Shown: piece by piece, positions 63,564 through 64,000 of the stretch | How positions within the stretch are numbered: position 1 is the stretch's first letter | Layout: every line of letters begins with the position of its first letter | Source of the DNA: Cetorhinus maximus | Taxonomy: Eukaryota | Assembly: GCF_964194155.1 (NCBI RefSeq) | Contig: NC_135888.1 | Location: forward strand, 23,498,001 to 23,562,000 | Direction of reading: 5' to 3' | Length of the DNA stretch: 64,000 bases | Translations under genes and position numbers: made by a program | Notes under the pieces: generated by a model | Seen by the model: only the letters and a program-made list of their open reading frames with translations | Databases searched by the model: none | Told to the model about the DNA's origin: nothing

Positions 63564-64000
63564 ATCCTCTATCCATGATATGTTACCCCCAACACCATGA
63601 GCGCTTATTTTATGAAGTAACTTTTGATGTGGCACCTTGTCAAACACCTCTTGGAAATCAAAGTGCACCATATCTACAGGTTCCTTTTTATCCACCTTGC
63701 TTGTTACTTGATCGACGTTTGGCTTACAAATATGTAGTTTCCTGTTTTACCTCCTTCCTTTCTTGAGTAGAGGTGATTTAGCGATTTTTCTAATCTGGGA
63801 CTTTTCTGGAATCCAGGGAATTTTAGAATGTCACAACCAGTGCATCAGCTATCTCTGCAACCACTTCTAAGAACCCTAGGGTGCAGGCCATCAGGTCAAC
63901 CCTCACTTTGACTAGTTTTCCAATACCTTTTTTATCCCATAGTGATTGTTTTAAATTCCCCCCTTTTATCACTTGATTTTCAAGTATTCTTGGTATTTTT

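Overview
Vertebrate genomic DNA, most likely a shark or other chondrichthyan, judged from SacSINE1/DeuSINE-like SINEs, CR1/L2 LINEs and Penelope-like elements. It holds a gene block in the same order as human 9q34.11: ZDHHC12 exon 1 (minus, 2210-2306); a complete ZER1 gene (minus, 15 coding exons, 20939-41719, 2316 nt, 771 aa); and the 5' part of TBC1D13 (plus, from 47075), head-to-head with ZER1. TBC1D13 exon 2 is not visible and probably lies in the 200-N gap. Between ZDHHC12 and ZER1 I reconstruct an extra three-exon minus-strand gene (5520-6857) encoding a ~129-aa coiled-coil protein that I cannot name; this is the best candidate for novelty. Other features are two decayed Gypsy proviruses with LTRs and TSDs, a Penelope-like GIY-YIG element with a 15-bp TSD and minimal hammerhead-ribozyme motifs, a SINE-LINE composite, a Harbinger Myb/SANT remnant and G-rich tandem repeats. 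Gene and repeat names come from recalled similarity, not from database searches.
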